A stretch of 64,000 nt of DNA, from positions 129,456,001 to 129,520,000 of the forward strand of contig OZ024742.1 in NCBI GenBank assembly GCA_964016885.1, in the 5' to 3' direction. The notes beneath the pieces are model-generated. The model was not told the origin of the DNA. It ran no database searches and saw nothing but the letters and a program-made list of their open reading frames with translations. Made by a program: the position numbers and the translations under genes. This document shows, piece by piece, positions 37,386 through 52,666 of the stretch (position 1 is the stretch's first letter; the number at the start of each line of letters is the position of its first letter). Source of the stretch: Eledone cirrhosa (taxonomy: Eukaryota).

Positions 37386-38049
37386 TAGTGTGTGTATGTA
37401 TGTGCTAGTTAGTGTATGTGTATTGTATTAGTATGTGTTAGTGTATGTATGTTAGTATGTGTGTATGTGTTAGTGTATGTATGTTAGTGTGTGTGAATGT
37501 GTTAGTATGTGTGAATGTGTTGGTATGTGTGAATGTGTTAGTGTTTGTTAGTATAGGTGTGTGGGTGTTAGTGTGTATGTATGTGCTAGTTAGTGTATGT
37601 GTATTGTATTAGTATGTGTTAGTGTATGTATGTTAGTATGTGTGTATGTGTTAGTATGTGTGTATGTGTTAGTGTATGTATGTTAGTGTGTGTGAATGTG
37701 TTAGTATGTGTGAATGTGTTAGTATGTGTGAATGTGTTAGTATGTGTGTATATTGCTATTTATTCTATGCCATCCAAATAACTGCAATCTCTCTCTGCCA
37801 TGTAATATCTCTAAGATCATCAGGCCACTGCCTCTAGTTTAGTTTACATATCCAATATGGTTGATATTGATTTTGCCAGCCAACAAATTTATATATAAGA
37901 TAAGTTAATTGGTTGTGTTACAGCCCATCCTACACCACCTCAAAATAGCACTGGTATTTATTTTATTAACTCTAGAAATATGGAAGGCTGAATTAGGGGA
38001 AAGAATTGCAGGTGCTGGTGCAGTAATGAAGGGGGGGGGAGAAGGAGGA

Positions 38050-38825
38050 TCATCATGATCACCACCATCACCATCATCATCATTACCATCATCATCACCA
38101 TCATCATCATCATCATCATCATCATCACCATCATCATCATTGTCATCATCATCATCATCATCATCACGGTCACCACCACCACCATCATCATCATCACCAC
38201 CGCCATCATCACCATCATCATTATCATCATCATCATCATTATCATCATCATCATCATCATCAGTGTCATCATCATCATCAGTGTCATCATCACCATCACC
38301 ACCACCACCACCACCACCACCACCATCACCACCATCATAACCACCATCACCATCACCACCACCACCATCACCACCACCACCACCACCACCATCACCACCA
38401 TCACCACCATCATAACCACCATCACCACCACCACCATCATTAATATCACCATAGAACTGTTACTCTATTTATGAACATCAAAGGATAAAAAGTAACCATT
38501 TCTATATTGGGGTAGTTTCTTCTGCTGTCTCTCTCTCCCTCTACCTCCCCCTCTCTCTCCCCTCTACCTCCCCCTCTCTCTCACTCTACCTGCCCCTCTC
38601 TCTCCCCTCTACCTCACTCTCTCCCCTCTACCTCTCTCTGTCCTCCTCTCCCTTCTCCTTATCTCTCTCTCACACTCACTCTCTTTCTTCCCTCTACCTC
38701 TCTCTCGCCTCTACCTCTCTCTGTCCTCCTCTCTCTCTCACACTCGCTCTCTTTCTTCCCTCTACCTCTCTCCCTCTCACCTCTACCTCTCTCACAGTCG
38801 CTCTCTTTCTCCCCTCTACCTCTTT
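38050..38825. repeat. (CAT/CAC)n microsatellite (to ~38450) and CT-rich tract (38525-38825)
   Basis: Directly visible. Confidence 0.9.
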
Positions 38826-39084
38826 CTCTGTTTACTTCTTTGGAATATATCAGTTATGTTCAGACCTGGAAAAAGATGGGCTCTGCCAGATTTAAACTGC
38901 CCAAGACCCACTGTGTCATGATGGTGTCCCTACAACTTCACTAACAGTTAAGCAGACATGGACATGGCAAGTTAGCTGCAAGCTAAATTCACAAGCCAGT
39001 TTCAATATTTGATTGAAGCTAATATATTTCACTTAACCCCTCATATTCTTCAGGAAACGTATTTTACCCTTTAGTATTTACATT

Positions 39085-42000
39085 ACTATATATATACTAC
39101 TATATACACTATATATATACTACTATATATACTACTACATATACTACTATATATACTACTATATATACTATATATATACTACTATATATACTACTATATA
39201 TACTACTATATATACTACTATATACTACTATATACTACTATATATATACTATATACTACTATATATACTACTATATATACTACTATATATACTACTATAT
39301 ATACTACTATATACTACTATATATACTATATATATACTATATACTACTATATATACTACTATATATACTGCTATATATACTACTATATATACTACTATAT
39401 ATACTACTATATATATACTACTATATACTACTACATATACTACTATATATATACTACTATATATACGACCATATATACTACTATATACTACTATATACTA
39501 CTATATTTACTATTATATATATACTACTATATATACTATTGTATACTACTATATATACTACTATATATTACTATATATACTACTATATATACTACTATAT
39601 ATTACTATATATACTACTATATATACTACTATATATACTACTATATATACTACTATATACTACTATATACTACTACATATACTACTATATATACTACTAT
39701 ATATACTACTATATACTACTACATATACTACTATATATACTACTATATATACTACTATATATTACTATATATACTACTATATATACTACTATATATACTA
39801 CTACATATACTACTATATATACTACTATATATACTACTATATATACTACTATATACTACTACATATACTACTATATATACTACTATATATACTACTATAT
39901 ACTACTACATATACTACTATATACTACTATATATACCACTATATATTACTATATATACTACTATATATACTACTATATATACTACTACATATACTACTAT
40001 ATATACTACTATATATACTACTATATATACTACTATATACTACTACATATACTACTATATATACTACTATATATACTACTATATACTACTACATATACTA
40101 CTACATATACTACTATATATACTACTATATATACTACTATATACTACTACATATACTACTATATATACTACTATATATACTACTATATACTACTACATAT
40201 ACTACTATATATACTACTATATATACTACTATATACTACTATATATAAACAATAATAATGAAATTATTGTGTAAAGTGCTCAGGTGCACTACAACTCGTC
40301 AAAGGTGTATGTATAGTACATAGAATAATACACAAATGTCAGGGAAGTACATGTGTGTATGTGTTAGCTGTAGTGTGGCGGATCTCGAGAAGCATGGAAG
40401 CCTTAAAGGATGCAGTGTCTCAACAGCTAACAACTGATGCAGGTAGTTTGTTCCATGGAGGTTTTAAAGGATGCAGTGTCTCGACAGCTAACAACTGATG
40501 CAGGTAGTTTGTTCCATGCTTCAGCAACTCTGAGCATGAAAAAATGTTTCCGAAAGTCATGGGAACTGTGCTGTTTTCTTACTTTGTGGGCATGTCCACG
40601 TGTGTTAGACACATGGAAATCAAAAAGGTACTCAGGGTTGTTGTTGGCAACATGGTTAACAATACTACTATATACTACTATATATACTACTATATATACT
40701 ACTATATATACTACTATATACTACTATATACTACTATATATACTACTATATTTACTACTATATATACTACTATATGTACTACTATATACTACTATATATA
40801 CTACTATATACTACTATATATACTACTATATATATACTACTATATATACTACTATATACTACTATATATACTACTATATATACTACTATATACTACTATA
40901 TATACTACTATATATACTACTATATACTACTATATATACTACTATATATTCTACTATATACTACTATATATACTACTATATACTACTATATATACTACTA
41001 TATATATACTACTATATATACTACTATATATACTACTATATACTACTATATATACTACTATATACTACTATATATATACTACTATATATACTACTATATA
41101 TACTACTATATACTACTATATATACTACTATATATACTACTATATACTACTATATACTACTATATATACTACTATATTTACTACTATATATACTACTATA
41201 TATACTACTATATATACTACTATATATTACTATATACTACTATATATATACTACTATATATACTACTATATATACTACTATATACTACTATATATACTAC
41301 TATATATACTACTATATATACTACTATATATACTACTATATATACTACTATATATACTACTATATACTACTATATACTACTATATATACTACTATATATA
41401 CTACTATATATACTACTATATATACTACTATATATACTAATATATATACTAATATATACTACTATATATACTACTATATACTACTATATATTACTATATA
41501 TACTACTATATACTACTATATATACTACTATAGGCGTGTGCCTGAGTGGTTAGAGAATTGGATTCGCAATCGTAAGGTTGTGAGTTCGATTCCTGGACCA
41601 GGCGATGCGTTATGTCCTTGAGCAAGACACTTTATTTCACGTTGCTCCTTCTACCTGGAGTTGCGACCGATAGATAGTATTAGCAATTGGAAAGACCAAC
41701 GGAAACATTGTTCCCTCGGTCCGATTTGACAAAAAAGTCAATCGTTCCTTTTATATACTACTATATTTACTACTATATATACTACTATATACTACTATAT
41801 ATACTACTATATATACTACTATATACTACTATATATACTACTATATACTACTATATATATACTACTATATATACTATTATATTTACTACTATATATACTA
41901 CTATATATACTATTATATATACTACTATATATACTACTACATATACTACTATATATACTACTATATATATATATACTACTATATATACTACTATATATAC

Positions 42001-42826
42001 TACTATATATACTACTATATACTACTACATATACTACTATATATATACTACTATATATACTACTATATATACTACTATATATATACTACTATATATACTA
42101 CTATATATACTACTATATATACTACTATATATTCTACTATATATACTACTATATATACTACTATATACTACTATATATACTACTATATACTACTATATAT
42201 ACTACTATATACTACTATATACTACTATATATACTACTATATATTACTATATATACTACTGTATATACTACTATATATACTACTATATACTATTATATAT
42301 ACTACTATATATACTACTATATTTACTACTATATATACTACTATATATACTTCTATATATATACTACTTTATATACTACTATATATACTACTTTATATAC
42401 TACTATATATACTACTTTATATACTACTATATATACTACTACATTTACTACTATATATACTACTATATATACTACTATATATACTACTATATACTACTAT
42501 ATATACTACTGTATATACTACTATATATACTACTATATACTATTATATATACTACTATATATACTACTATATTTACTACTATATATACTACTATATATAC
42601 TACTATATATATACTACTATATATACTACTATATATACTACTACATTTACTACTATATATACTACTATATATACTATTATATATACTACTATATATACTA
42701 CTTTATATACTACTATATATACTACTATATATACTACTATATATATACTACTTTATATACTACTATATATACTACTTTATATACTACTATATATACTACT
42801 ATATATACTACTAAATATATACTACT
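39085..42826. repeat. Large (TAC)2(TA)2-4 compound satellite interrupted by a CR1 3' end and a SINE
   Basis: Units such as TACTACTATATA repeated over ~3.7 kb. Confidence 0.95.
40250..40662 (-). mobile_element. CR1-clade LINE 3' end
   Basis: SNTRGHAHKVRKQHSSHDFRKHFF..RVAEAWNKLPASVV (TRGH...WN.LP motif). The 3' UTR and (ATT)n tail match 44185-44297(+). Internal ~60-bp duplication. Confidence 0.85.
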
Positions 42827-43097
42827 AGGATGATCTTTTTAACTGGTTGAAGTCCTTCATTCTCAGTCGAAGAGAGGTAGTCACGGTTCTGGGACAGCAT
42901 TCCTCACCATATGAGATGTCATCTGGTGTACCACAGGGATCTGTTCTTGGCCCCCTTTTGTTTGTGGCATATATTCATGACATAGATGTCAACTTAAAGA
43001 ATACCACAGTACTAAAGTACGCAGATGACATCAAGTTGTATCTTGAGATAAAAAGGACAGATCCTGAACACTGTAGATCTTGCTTGCAGTCTGTCCT
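42827..43097 (+). mobile_element. CR1 RT internal fragment
   Basis: SSGVPQGSVLGPLLFVAY...KYADDIKLY, near-identical to 63426-63690. Confidence 0.9.
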
Positions 43098-44613
43098 GAA
43101 GATCCAGATTTGTCACATTCTGTGTTATGATGAATCTCCCTGAGAACTACATTAAGAGTATACATGTCTGTGGAATACTCAGTTACTTGCACGTTAATTT
43201 CACAAGCAAGCTGTCTGTTCTGTTGATCATACCAACCAGTAAACACATTGTCATAACCTATGGTGTGCTAGAACATCTACTGGGGCTATCATTTTAAGGT
43301 ACTATGGCTACAACCCTTCATACAACAGATGATGTTTTAACCCTTTAGCATTTAAACTGGCTGTATCCGGCCAGAATTCTTTCACCACTTTCTGTTCAAA
43401 CCGGCTGTAACCGGCCACTCATACTGATGTTAAGGTATTGTTCTCAAAATAAATAATATCAAAATCTCTTAGCTTCGATATTATGAGATAATTATGTGAG
43501 ACAAAGCCTTTACTGTGAAAATACTGGGGGTTTTTTCTGAATAAAACTAAGACCAAGTTAATTGATTTAGCAGAGTCTTAAAGTGTTTGATATTTATTCC
43601 AGGTTTCTGTGTTCTAAGTTCAAATCCTTTCAGAGTTGATGAACCAAGTACCAGCTTAATGATGAAGCAGCCCCCTCTCTCTCTTTCCAGCTATCATATC
43701 CTGGATGTTCAGTTTCATTGAGAGAAGGAGGGTCATGAAGATGACCATACCAGCTCACAACTGCATCAGTACATAAGCATAAAAAAAGTCTAAAGCCTGT
43801 TTCAAGCCCAGAGGCTCAGCAAGCCAGTGCTTATCCTGGTTTCCATAGCATGGAGCAACTGAGAGTACAAGACTCCCCACTGGACAGGATCTCAGTCCAT
43901 CACTGGGTTAAAACTCCAGCTATTACTGTTACTTATTTCAGTTGAGAATACTGGAAATTAAAGTCTTTTGCTCAAGAACGCAACACACAACCAGGAATCG
44001 AACCCACAACATTATGATCATAAATCCAATACAATTACCACTTAGCCATGTGCCTCCAGCAAAAGCATAATACATGCTCTATTGCAAGTGATGACGGTAG
44101 TAGTTTTTAATCCAAGACTGTCTCTTCTCAGTTATTTTGGTTATATAATGCTGAACATAAATGGTTATATAATGCTGAACATAAATGCTGTTCATTTTCC
44201 TGACATTTGTACATTATTCTATGTACTATACATGCACCTTTGATGAGTTGTAGTGCACCTGAGCACTGTACACAATAATTTCATTATTATTATTATATAA
44301 CCACTTACATCTTCTTTTCAGGCAGACTCTAGTAAAAGCTAGATACAAATCAGAATTGGTCATTAATACATTCACATTTTCAGCTGTCTTAGCTAACAAT
44401 ATATGTTTAACTAACAATATATGTTTAGCTCTATTCCATTAGATTACAACCTTGCAAGTTATATTCTTTTTAGTATTTTTTGCAGCAACATATTTCCATT
44501 CACAATTACATGTCGACGCCTAAAAGGGGAACATTTAATACATATATGTGAATGTGTGTGTGTGTTGTATGTGTGTGTTTGTATAAATATATGTTTATAT
44601 ATATATATATGTT

Positions 44614-44644
<31 letters not shown>

Positions 44645-44656
44645 GTATATATATAT

Positions 44657-46172
44657 AAAGACTGGTGCAGCAGTATTCTCATAAATTGCTACAAAGGTAA
44701 AGGGGATGCTTTGGAGAGGAGCAATTATAGGGGTATAAAACTGATAGATCAGGTTATGAAAGTGGCAGAAAGGATATTAGCACAACTAATTAGAGAAAGG
44801 GTCAAACTAGATGAGATGCAGTTTGGTTTTGTGCCTGGGAAGAGTACAACAGATGCCCTCTTCTTGGTGAGACAAATGCAAGAGAGGTTCTTAGAGAAGA
44901 ATAAGCCACTATACTTAGCCTTTGTTGACCTAGAGAAGGCCTTTGATAGGGTACCCCGATCTGTCATCTGGTGGTCCCTAAGGAAGCTGGGTGTTGAGGA
45001 ATGGCTTATAAGGACAGTGCAAACTTTGTACAGAGGTACTCTCAGTAAAGTCAGGGTAGGAATGGAGTTTAGTGAGGAATTCCAGATACAAGTAGGAGTA
45101 CATCAGGGTTCGGTCCTCAGCCCGCTCTTGTTCATTATAGTCCTCCAAGCCATAACAGAGGAGTTTAAGACTGGCTGTCCATGGGAACTTCTCTATGCTG
45201 ACGATCTGGCTCTTATGGCAGAATCAGTAGAGGAGCTAGAGAATAAATTCCGGCTATGGAAACAGCAGTTGGAAGCAAGAGGACTGAGAGTAAATCTAGC
45301 TAAGACAAAAGTGTTGATGAGTAGAAAAGAGGACAAAACCCTGATTCCGTCAGGGAAATGGCCATGTTCGATATGCAGAAAAGGAACTGGCATAAATTCT
45401 ATAAAATGCACACAATGTAGGTCCTGGGTACACAAGAGATGTAGCGGGATAGCAGGCAAACTAACAGGTAGGGAGAAATATGTATGCAGTAGATGTACAG
45501 GGAAGTTAGACAGTAGAAGCCGCACTGATAGACACATTTTTCAAATGCGAGAGGGCGCTATAGAAGTGGTGGATAGCTTCCGGTACCTAGGAGATCAGAT
45601 TAGCATGGGAGGAGGGTGTTCCGAGGCCATAGTATCTAGAATAAGGACGGGTTGGAAGAAGTTTAGGGAGCTGCTTCCTCTGTTGACGAAGAAGGGTTTC
45701 TCCCTGCGTACGAAAGGCCGGTTGTATGATGCCTGTGTGAGGAGCGCGATGCTGCATGGTAGTGAGACATGGGCAGCTACCGCAGAAGATATGCGACGGC
45801 TGGAGAGAAATGAGGCAAGCATGCTCCGTTGGATGTGCAGTGTAAATGTGCGTGAACGACCCAGCATAAATGTGTTGAGAGAGAAACTGTGTCTGAGAGG
45901 GATAGAATGTAGTGTACGGGAGAGGAGACTGAGGTGGTATGGACATGTGATGCGCATGGAGGATGACCGATGGGTGAAGAAGTGCCAGGAAATGCCAGTT
46001 GAAGGAAGACGTGGTAGAGGTAGACCACGAAAAACATGGGCGGAGGTGGTGAGAACAGACCTCAGATCATTGAAGCTCACGGTGGAGATGACGAGGGACC
46101 GTGACGAGTGGAGAGATGCTGTGCTGAATAAGACCCGTCCCACCCTTGCAAGCAGGGAAAAGCGGACGTAAA

Positions 46173-46210
<38 letters not shown>
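44657..46210 (+). mobile_element. 5'-truncated RTE-clade LINE with uninterrupted RT reading frame to 46171 and (TGA)n tail
   Basis: KDWCSSILINCYKGKGD...AFVDLEKAFDRVPR...GVHQGSVLSPLLF...YADDL...RPTLASREKRT*. The first ~35 aa of the tracked ORF are microsatellite. Confidence 0.95.
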
Positions 46211-46894
46211 ATATATATAATAAGAAGTATTCACAACCTCTAACTGGATTACCTATAACAATATTTTGTTATCCCTTATATATATATATATATATGCTAG
46301 CGTGGAAAGTGGACGTTAAGCGAGGATGATGATGATGATGATATATATATATCATCATCATCATCATGATGATATATATATATCATCATCATCATCATGA
46401 TGATATATATATATCATCATCATCATCACCGTTTTACGCCCGTTCTTCGACGCTAGCATGGGTTAGATGGGTTGTCCTGTTGTGGGCAGTGTCCGGTCGG
46501 CTGACCTTGTCTTGCTCATACAGGAACTGATTCTGGCTTGATTTCTACAGCTGGATGCCCTTCCTAACACCAACCTCATTTACAGTGAGTGCTGGGTGCT
46601 TTTTTCCATGGCGCCTACACATCCACTTTACAGTGTGGGCTGGGTGCTTTTTTCCATGGCGCCTCCACGACCACTTTGTAGTGGAATGATAGGGACCTCA
46701 GTCCTATCATCTCATTTCTACAGTTGAGTAAACTGGAGCAATGTGAAATAAAGTGTCTTGCTCAAGGAAACAACACATCACCCTGTCCGAGAATTGAACT
46801 CACAACCTTTCGATTGCAAGCTCAATGCTCTAAACACTAAGCCCATGCGCCTTCATATATATATATATATATGTGTGTGTGTGTATGTATGTAA

Positions 46895-47204
46895 AAGGTT
46901 AACAGAAATAACAACACAATCGGTATAGTATATGGAAGTGGTATATTAGGTTAACGCTAGTCCTTCATCAGAAGAAAGAATGAGAAATAAGATAGATTGA
47001 TGGGATGAGCGGGATGGAATTGGAAAAAATGTCTTTAGATAAAAATAACAGGTCCATTCATGTTGACATCTCTTGCAAAACTGTCGGTGCTGGCGTTTTG
47101 TGTATGATTTATTTTTTAGAAAAGTGGATGATGGAGCGCGTCTACCTGAAATGGAAAAAAAAACTTTTTGTAAAAAGAGCTATACTTGTGCATAAGTGTG
47201 TGAA

Positions 47205-47237
<33 letters not shown>

Positions 47238-47872
47238 ATACGTCCGTACGAAGCTAAGAAGAAAAGTGTGTGTATATGTGAGTAAAAGAGTGTGTGTGCA
47301 TGTAAGTACGAAGCTATGAGCAAAAGTATGTTAATATAAGGGTGTGTATGTGTGTATACAGAGCAGTGAAGAGAAAAGTGGAGTGAGCATATATAGTGGG
47401 CATGTATTAGTTGTAAGAGAAGCTGCTAATGATCAAGAGAAAACGTTAGGAATCTAGGGGTGTGATAATGGACGGGGTATTACGGTGTACTGGGAGAAGA
47501 TCTGGACTTCGACATAGCCAACAAACAAGTTGGCATAGTTTGGACCCATTCTGGTTCCCATCGCTACCCCAGAGTCCTGTTGATAAAATTCACTCGAAAA
47601 AGAAAATCCATTGAGGGTGAGAACAAGCTGAGCCAGATGGAGAAGAGTGGTAGTGCTGGGTAAGGGGTAGGGCATAGATCTAAAAAATGCTGGAGAGTGC
47701 GGAGGCCATCATCATGAGGGGTGACGGTACAGAGAGAGGTGATGTCCAGAGTAAAGAGAAGGTTGGAGGGACCAGGAGGGAAGGAGAAAGAGTTGAAGAG
47801 TCTAAGGGCATGATTTGTATCGTGGATGTGGGAAGGGAGATTGCCGACCAACGGAGCGAGGATGGTGTCTAA
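46895..47872 (-). mobile_element. Internally deleted Penelope-like element (RT fragment and pseudo-LTR)
   Basis: LPSHIHDTNHAL...LLFTLDITSL...LVLTLNGFSF..FYQQDSGVAMGTRMGPNYANLFVG. Terminal region 46895-47060 carries a truncated CTGATGA motif. Confidence 0.85.
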
Positions 47873-49437
47873 ATATTCAGAAATTAGGAGCCGAAATATG
47901 TTGAATTTCTTTAATTTTATTACTGTAAACCACCAAATTTAAACAAGTATATATATATGTGTGTGTGTGTGTGTATAAATATATATATATGCGTGTGTGT
48001 GTATATATATATATATATATATGTTTATATATATATATATATATATATATATGTTTATATATATATATATATATACACATATATATGTATGCATACATAT
48101 ATTGATTGTTTTCTCTCAGCTATCACTGTATCAAAAGGATACGTTGTTCACATACCACAAGGTGTTTATGAGGCTGTTTGCTTGCAAACAAACCGAATAT
48201 TAATGATGTTATGATATTATTATGGCCCCTGCCATTCTGAGTTCAAAATCCCGCCGAGGTTAACTTCGCCTTACATCCTTACGGGGTCGATAAAATAAAG
48301 TACCAGTAATGCACTGGGTAATTGCTGGCCTTGTGCCAAAAGTAGAAACAATTATTATAATATTATTATGATTCACTCACGAATACATATATAAATATAT
48401 ATGTAATTATCATCATCTTCATCAACCCGTTTAGCGTCCACTTGTCCATGCTTACATGGGTTTGACGGAAGGCAAGTCTGGTCAGAGTTGGCCATGCCAC
48501 ACCTTGCTCTGACAAGACTGTAAATTTGGCTGGGTATTTTACAGCTGGATACCCTTCCTAACCGAAACCCTTAGATACTATGTCTCCTCAGGTGGTATTG
48601 GAGTGTAGTTATCTCAGAGAAGTAATTATAATTCATTTGTTTGTTCCTTAATCAAACCACAGGTGGAATGTGTAATTGCAGACAGGTGTGTATGTTGGGA
48701 GCAGGTGTGTGTGCATTAGGAGCAGATGTGAGTGTATTGGGAGCAGGTGTATGTATTGGGAGCAGGTGTGTGTGTGTAGGTGGGTTAACCAAGGTTCACA
48801 TTCCTTAAATCTCAGTTGTAAAGGTAGTAGGCTCGTGACTGAAGTTGTGAGTTCGATTCCTGGAACAAGCAGTGTGTTGTATCCTTGAGCAAGACACTTT
48901 ACTTTTACAATGTTCATAATCCACTCAGCTGGAAAATATAATGGGCTGCATCAACAATGGTACCAAGTTGTATCAGCTTTTGTTGGTCCATTCACACCAC
49001 CGTGGGCTATAAAACGTACGTGTCTTCTCTATAACATGAGTAGTTTCTTAGTTATCTGATATATTTTTAGAAGTGCAGCTCATATTGTATGTCCACCTGC
49101 TGACAAGCCCTCTACAATATGTAATCTTCACTCTTTGAGGCAAAACATACTCTAATTTGAGCATTTCCAGGTGTAATAGTTATTATTGGATGATTTGTAC
49201 ACTTTAACTTATTCTTTTGATTAATTTGTATTCACCTTTACTTTCATAGACAATATGTTCATCACTCTGGTAGTTTTTTATCCCTCTATGATTAAACACA
49301 TATTTCTATGTGTACTTCTCTCTATATACTAATTTATATAAAGGCCGGAATCTATTCCTTGAGCTCATTAAATTATAGGGGATTAATGTGAGTCTTTAAC
49401 TCCATTTTTTTTATTTTATATATATATATATATATAT

Positions 49438-49925
49438 CATCATCATCATTTTTACATCTGTTTTTCCACGCTTGCATGAGTTGGATTTGTCCTTCTCAGC
49501 ACAGCATCTCTCCACTCACCTTTTTTCTTCATCATCTCCTCTGTGAGTCTCAGCGATTTGGGATCAGCTCTCACCACCTCTGCCCAGGTCTTTCTTGGTC
49601 TACCTTTACTGCAGCTTCCTTCCACTGACATTTCCTTGCACTTCTTCACTCATTAATTATCATCCATATGCATCACATGTCCATACCAATGCAGTCTTCT
49701 ATTCTGCACACCTTAGATTCCTCTTAAACCCAGCTTCTCCCTCAGTCCATCCAAGCTCTGCCTCTCTCTCACATTTACATTGCACATCAAATGAAGCATG
49801 GCTGCTTCATTTCTCTCTAGTCTATGCATGTCTTCTGCAGTCACTGCCATGTTTCCCTACCATGCAGCATCACACTCCACACATAGGTGTCATACAGTCG
49901 TCCTTTTGAATGTAGGGAGAAACCT
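49438..49925 (-). mobile_element. Degenerate RTE LINE 3' fragment
   Basis: KKCKEMSVEGSCSKGRPRKTWAEVV...; (CAT)n tail on the plus strand. Confidence 0.85.
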
Positions 49926-51134
49926 TATTATATAACACTATTTTCTACAAAACATGAATAACTTTACTGACTTTATAAACACAAACATATGCATACTACT
50001 TTTCCTACTATATATATATTTTAATGTAAACCTTCTTTTTATTAATGTCGTAATTTGAAACTTGTTATTTTTCCTGTGTGTATTACTATCTTTAAAATTG
50101 TACTTTACAACCTTTCTAAGAACAACTTCTGTTTGATTACTTTCAATTCGAATGCCACTTAGATTGTAGTAAATAAGGCAATCATCACCACCACCATCAT
50201 CATCATCATCTTCATCATCACCATCACCATCATCATCATTGAACAGGTTGAACAGTGCAGAGCATGTTTACAGAGGCATTTTGATGTAATTGAAGAGTTT
50301 ACAGTGTTTACAGGCTCGTTTCTTAAGGATTAAACAATATTTATTTACAGACGCATTTAAACTGAGTGAACAACATTCAATGCTTCATTTGTTGCAAGCT
50401 CAACAGAAGATAAACAGGAAGAATATCTTTGCTCATTCCTGGGGTGACTAAATAACAACTCTGGCACTACTCTATGACAATGTCTGATTCCTATGATCAG
50501 TTTATCAATGAACCTCACCTGTCTCTCTATTATTTATAACTTCCTCTTTACCTTTTTTCAATAATTACCCATTTTTTTTCTTCAACAAAATGCATCCAGT
50601 ACACTCTTTAATGTGGTTGACTTAGGGCATCCAGCTGTAGAAACCATGCCAAAACAGAAATGTATGTAAGCAAGGAGGGCAGCAGGTTCTGATTTGTTCT
50701 GTAATGACCTGTCCAATTCATTCCAGTATGGAAAACTGGATGTAAAATGATGATGATGAAGAGGATGATGATGATGATGATGATAATAATGATAATGATG
50801 ATGACAGTGATGCTACTGCTGATGATGATATGTATGTGTGTGTGTGTTTGTGTCATTGTATGTATGTATGTGAAGGCACGTGACTTAGTTGCTAATAATG
50901 GTCATGAGTTTGATTCCTTGAGCAAGACACTTTATTTCACATTGCCCAAGTCCACTCAGTTGGGAAAAATAAGTTACACCTGTAATTCAAAGAGCCAGCC
51001 TTGTTACACTTTGTGTCATGACAAATATTCCTGGAATGCTCAACCACTTGCATCTTAATTTCATAAAGTGTCTATTCTATTGTTCAAACAACTGGAATGC
51101 TCATTGGAACTGACAAAGGTCCAACACATAGACA

Positions 51135-52645
51135 CTGTCGTATTTTCTACTATCTTTATGATCCATGAATGAGGTACACTGTCGAATGCTTTCTTCAAGT
51201 CTATCCAGGCCATTGACAGGTTTTTCTTTTTCTGTTTCCAGTTTTCCGTTATGAGTCTATTTATCAGTAACTGATCTTTGCACCCATTACTCTCTCGTTT
51301 ACAGTCTTTTTGTTCAGGTGGCAATAGATCCTGGGTTTGCTACAATCCTGGAGAATTCAGCAACAAAGGCCAGAAATTCTGCAAGCCATCTCTGCCCTGT
51401 GATTTCCAGTTTCCAACATTGTTGACTACTGTTTTTACTTCATGTTAGGTGATCTCATTCCATTACTAGGTGCAAGCAGGGATTTCTAGTTGTTCCAGAT
51501 ATGGGGCATTGGAGTTGTGGTCTTTAGCTTTTTCCCAGATATTTACCCCAAATGTGTTCAACCTCATCAAGATCAGGTGGTTGCCTTATTTCAATATTTT
51601 TCTTACCTGTAAAATCTTTTAGCATCTTCAACAAAGATTTTGTTTTGTTTAAAGAAGTTGGCTCTTTTTTGCATCTTCTTACTCTCTACACATTCACCTG
51701 TATCTTTTGCTTCATTGATTCAGCAATTCTTTCCAGTCTGCTGTCCAATTGGCTTTGTATTTCTTCCTCAGCCTAGAAAGCTTTTGGGGGTTGATGTCAA
51801 TTCCCTTATCTAATACAGATATGAGAGGGACATCTCTCCCCAACTCTGTAATTTTGTTCTCCAGCTTTCTCTGCCATTTTGGTATTCCCTTTGTGTTTAT
51901 TTTCCCTGATCGTATTTTGGGGTGTAGCTTGCCAGTAATCACAGTTGCAGTGGCATATAGCAGCTGATTAATCTCATCAAGTGTCAGTGGTTTTCCATGT
52001 TTTCCTCTGATTACCTCTAGCACTTTATTAGCTAGGTTGACCTTCTTTAGCTGATGCGTGACTTTGGGAACTTTCTGGAGTTTTGTCCGACCTATCAAGT
52101 CCTGCATTTTCAGAATTTCCCACTCCCGCAGAATATCTTCCTTCATTGTCCAGACATTAGCATCAACCAGTGAGCCATCACCTACATGTTCATGTTCAGG
52201 GAGGTTCTAATCTGTGGGATTTTCAGCAAGACTCTCACCATCTGCTGCTTCTGTTGTATGCAGGTCTCCTTCTTGACTGGGGTTGTTATGTTGCTCACTT
52301 ATCTCTGCTTTGATGGTTTCCAATTCTGATTCAGTGAGTTTTTTGTCCCTTATAATGTCTCTTCTCACATTAGCTAACTTATTCATGCTCATGTATTCTC
52401 TGGAGTTAGGGTTGGAATTCCTCCAGATACTATAGGTTTCTTGATTAGATGAGTTCTCACGTGGAAACAGGGTGGCAGTATAGTACGCAGACATCACTGC
52501 TTTGTATTCGTCTCTGGTCCATGTTTGTCATGGCTTTTTATCATGTACTCTAGTGTTGTCACCTTGTGGCTTATTGTGAGGTTTGTCCTTGATATGAGGG
52601 TCACTGGGAAGTGTATGGGAGAGGGTTGTTCCATTTGCTGATTTT
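51135..52645 (-). mobile_element. R4/Dong-clade-like non-LTR retrotransposon fragment (N-terminal region and start of RT)
   Basis: WTRDEYKAVMSAYY...KLANVRRDI N-terminal motif; INQLLYATATVI...PKWQRKLENKI; EQKDCKRESNGCKDQLLIN...NLSMAWIDLKKAFDSVPHSWI. Confidence 0.8.
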
Positions 52646-52666
52646 TAGACCTCGGTGTAGTTCATA

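Noticed and set aside
41533-41605. tRNA-like sequence with A and B boxes (also 29560)
   Set aside because: It continues into the SINE body CCTTGAGCAAGACACTTTA and lacks a convincing cloverleaf; it is a SINE head.
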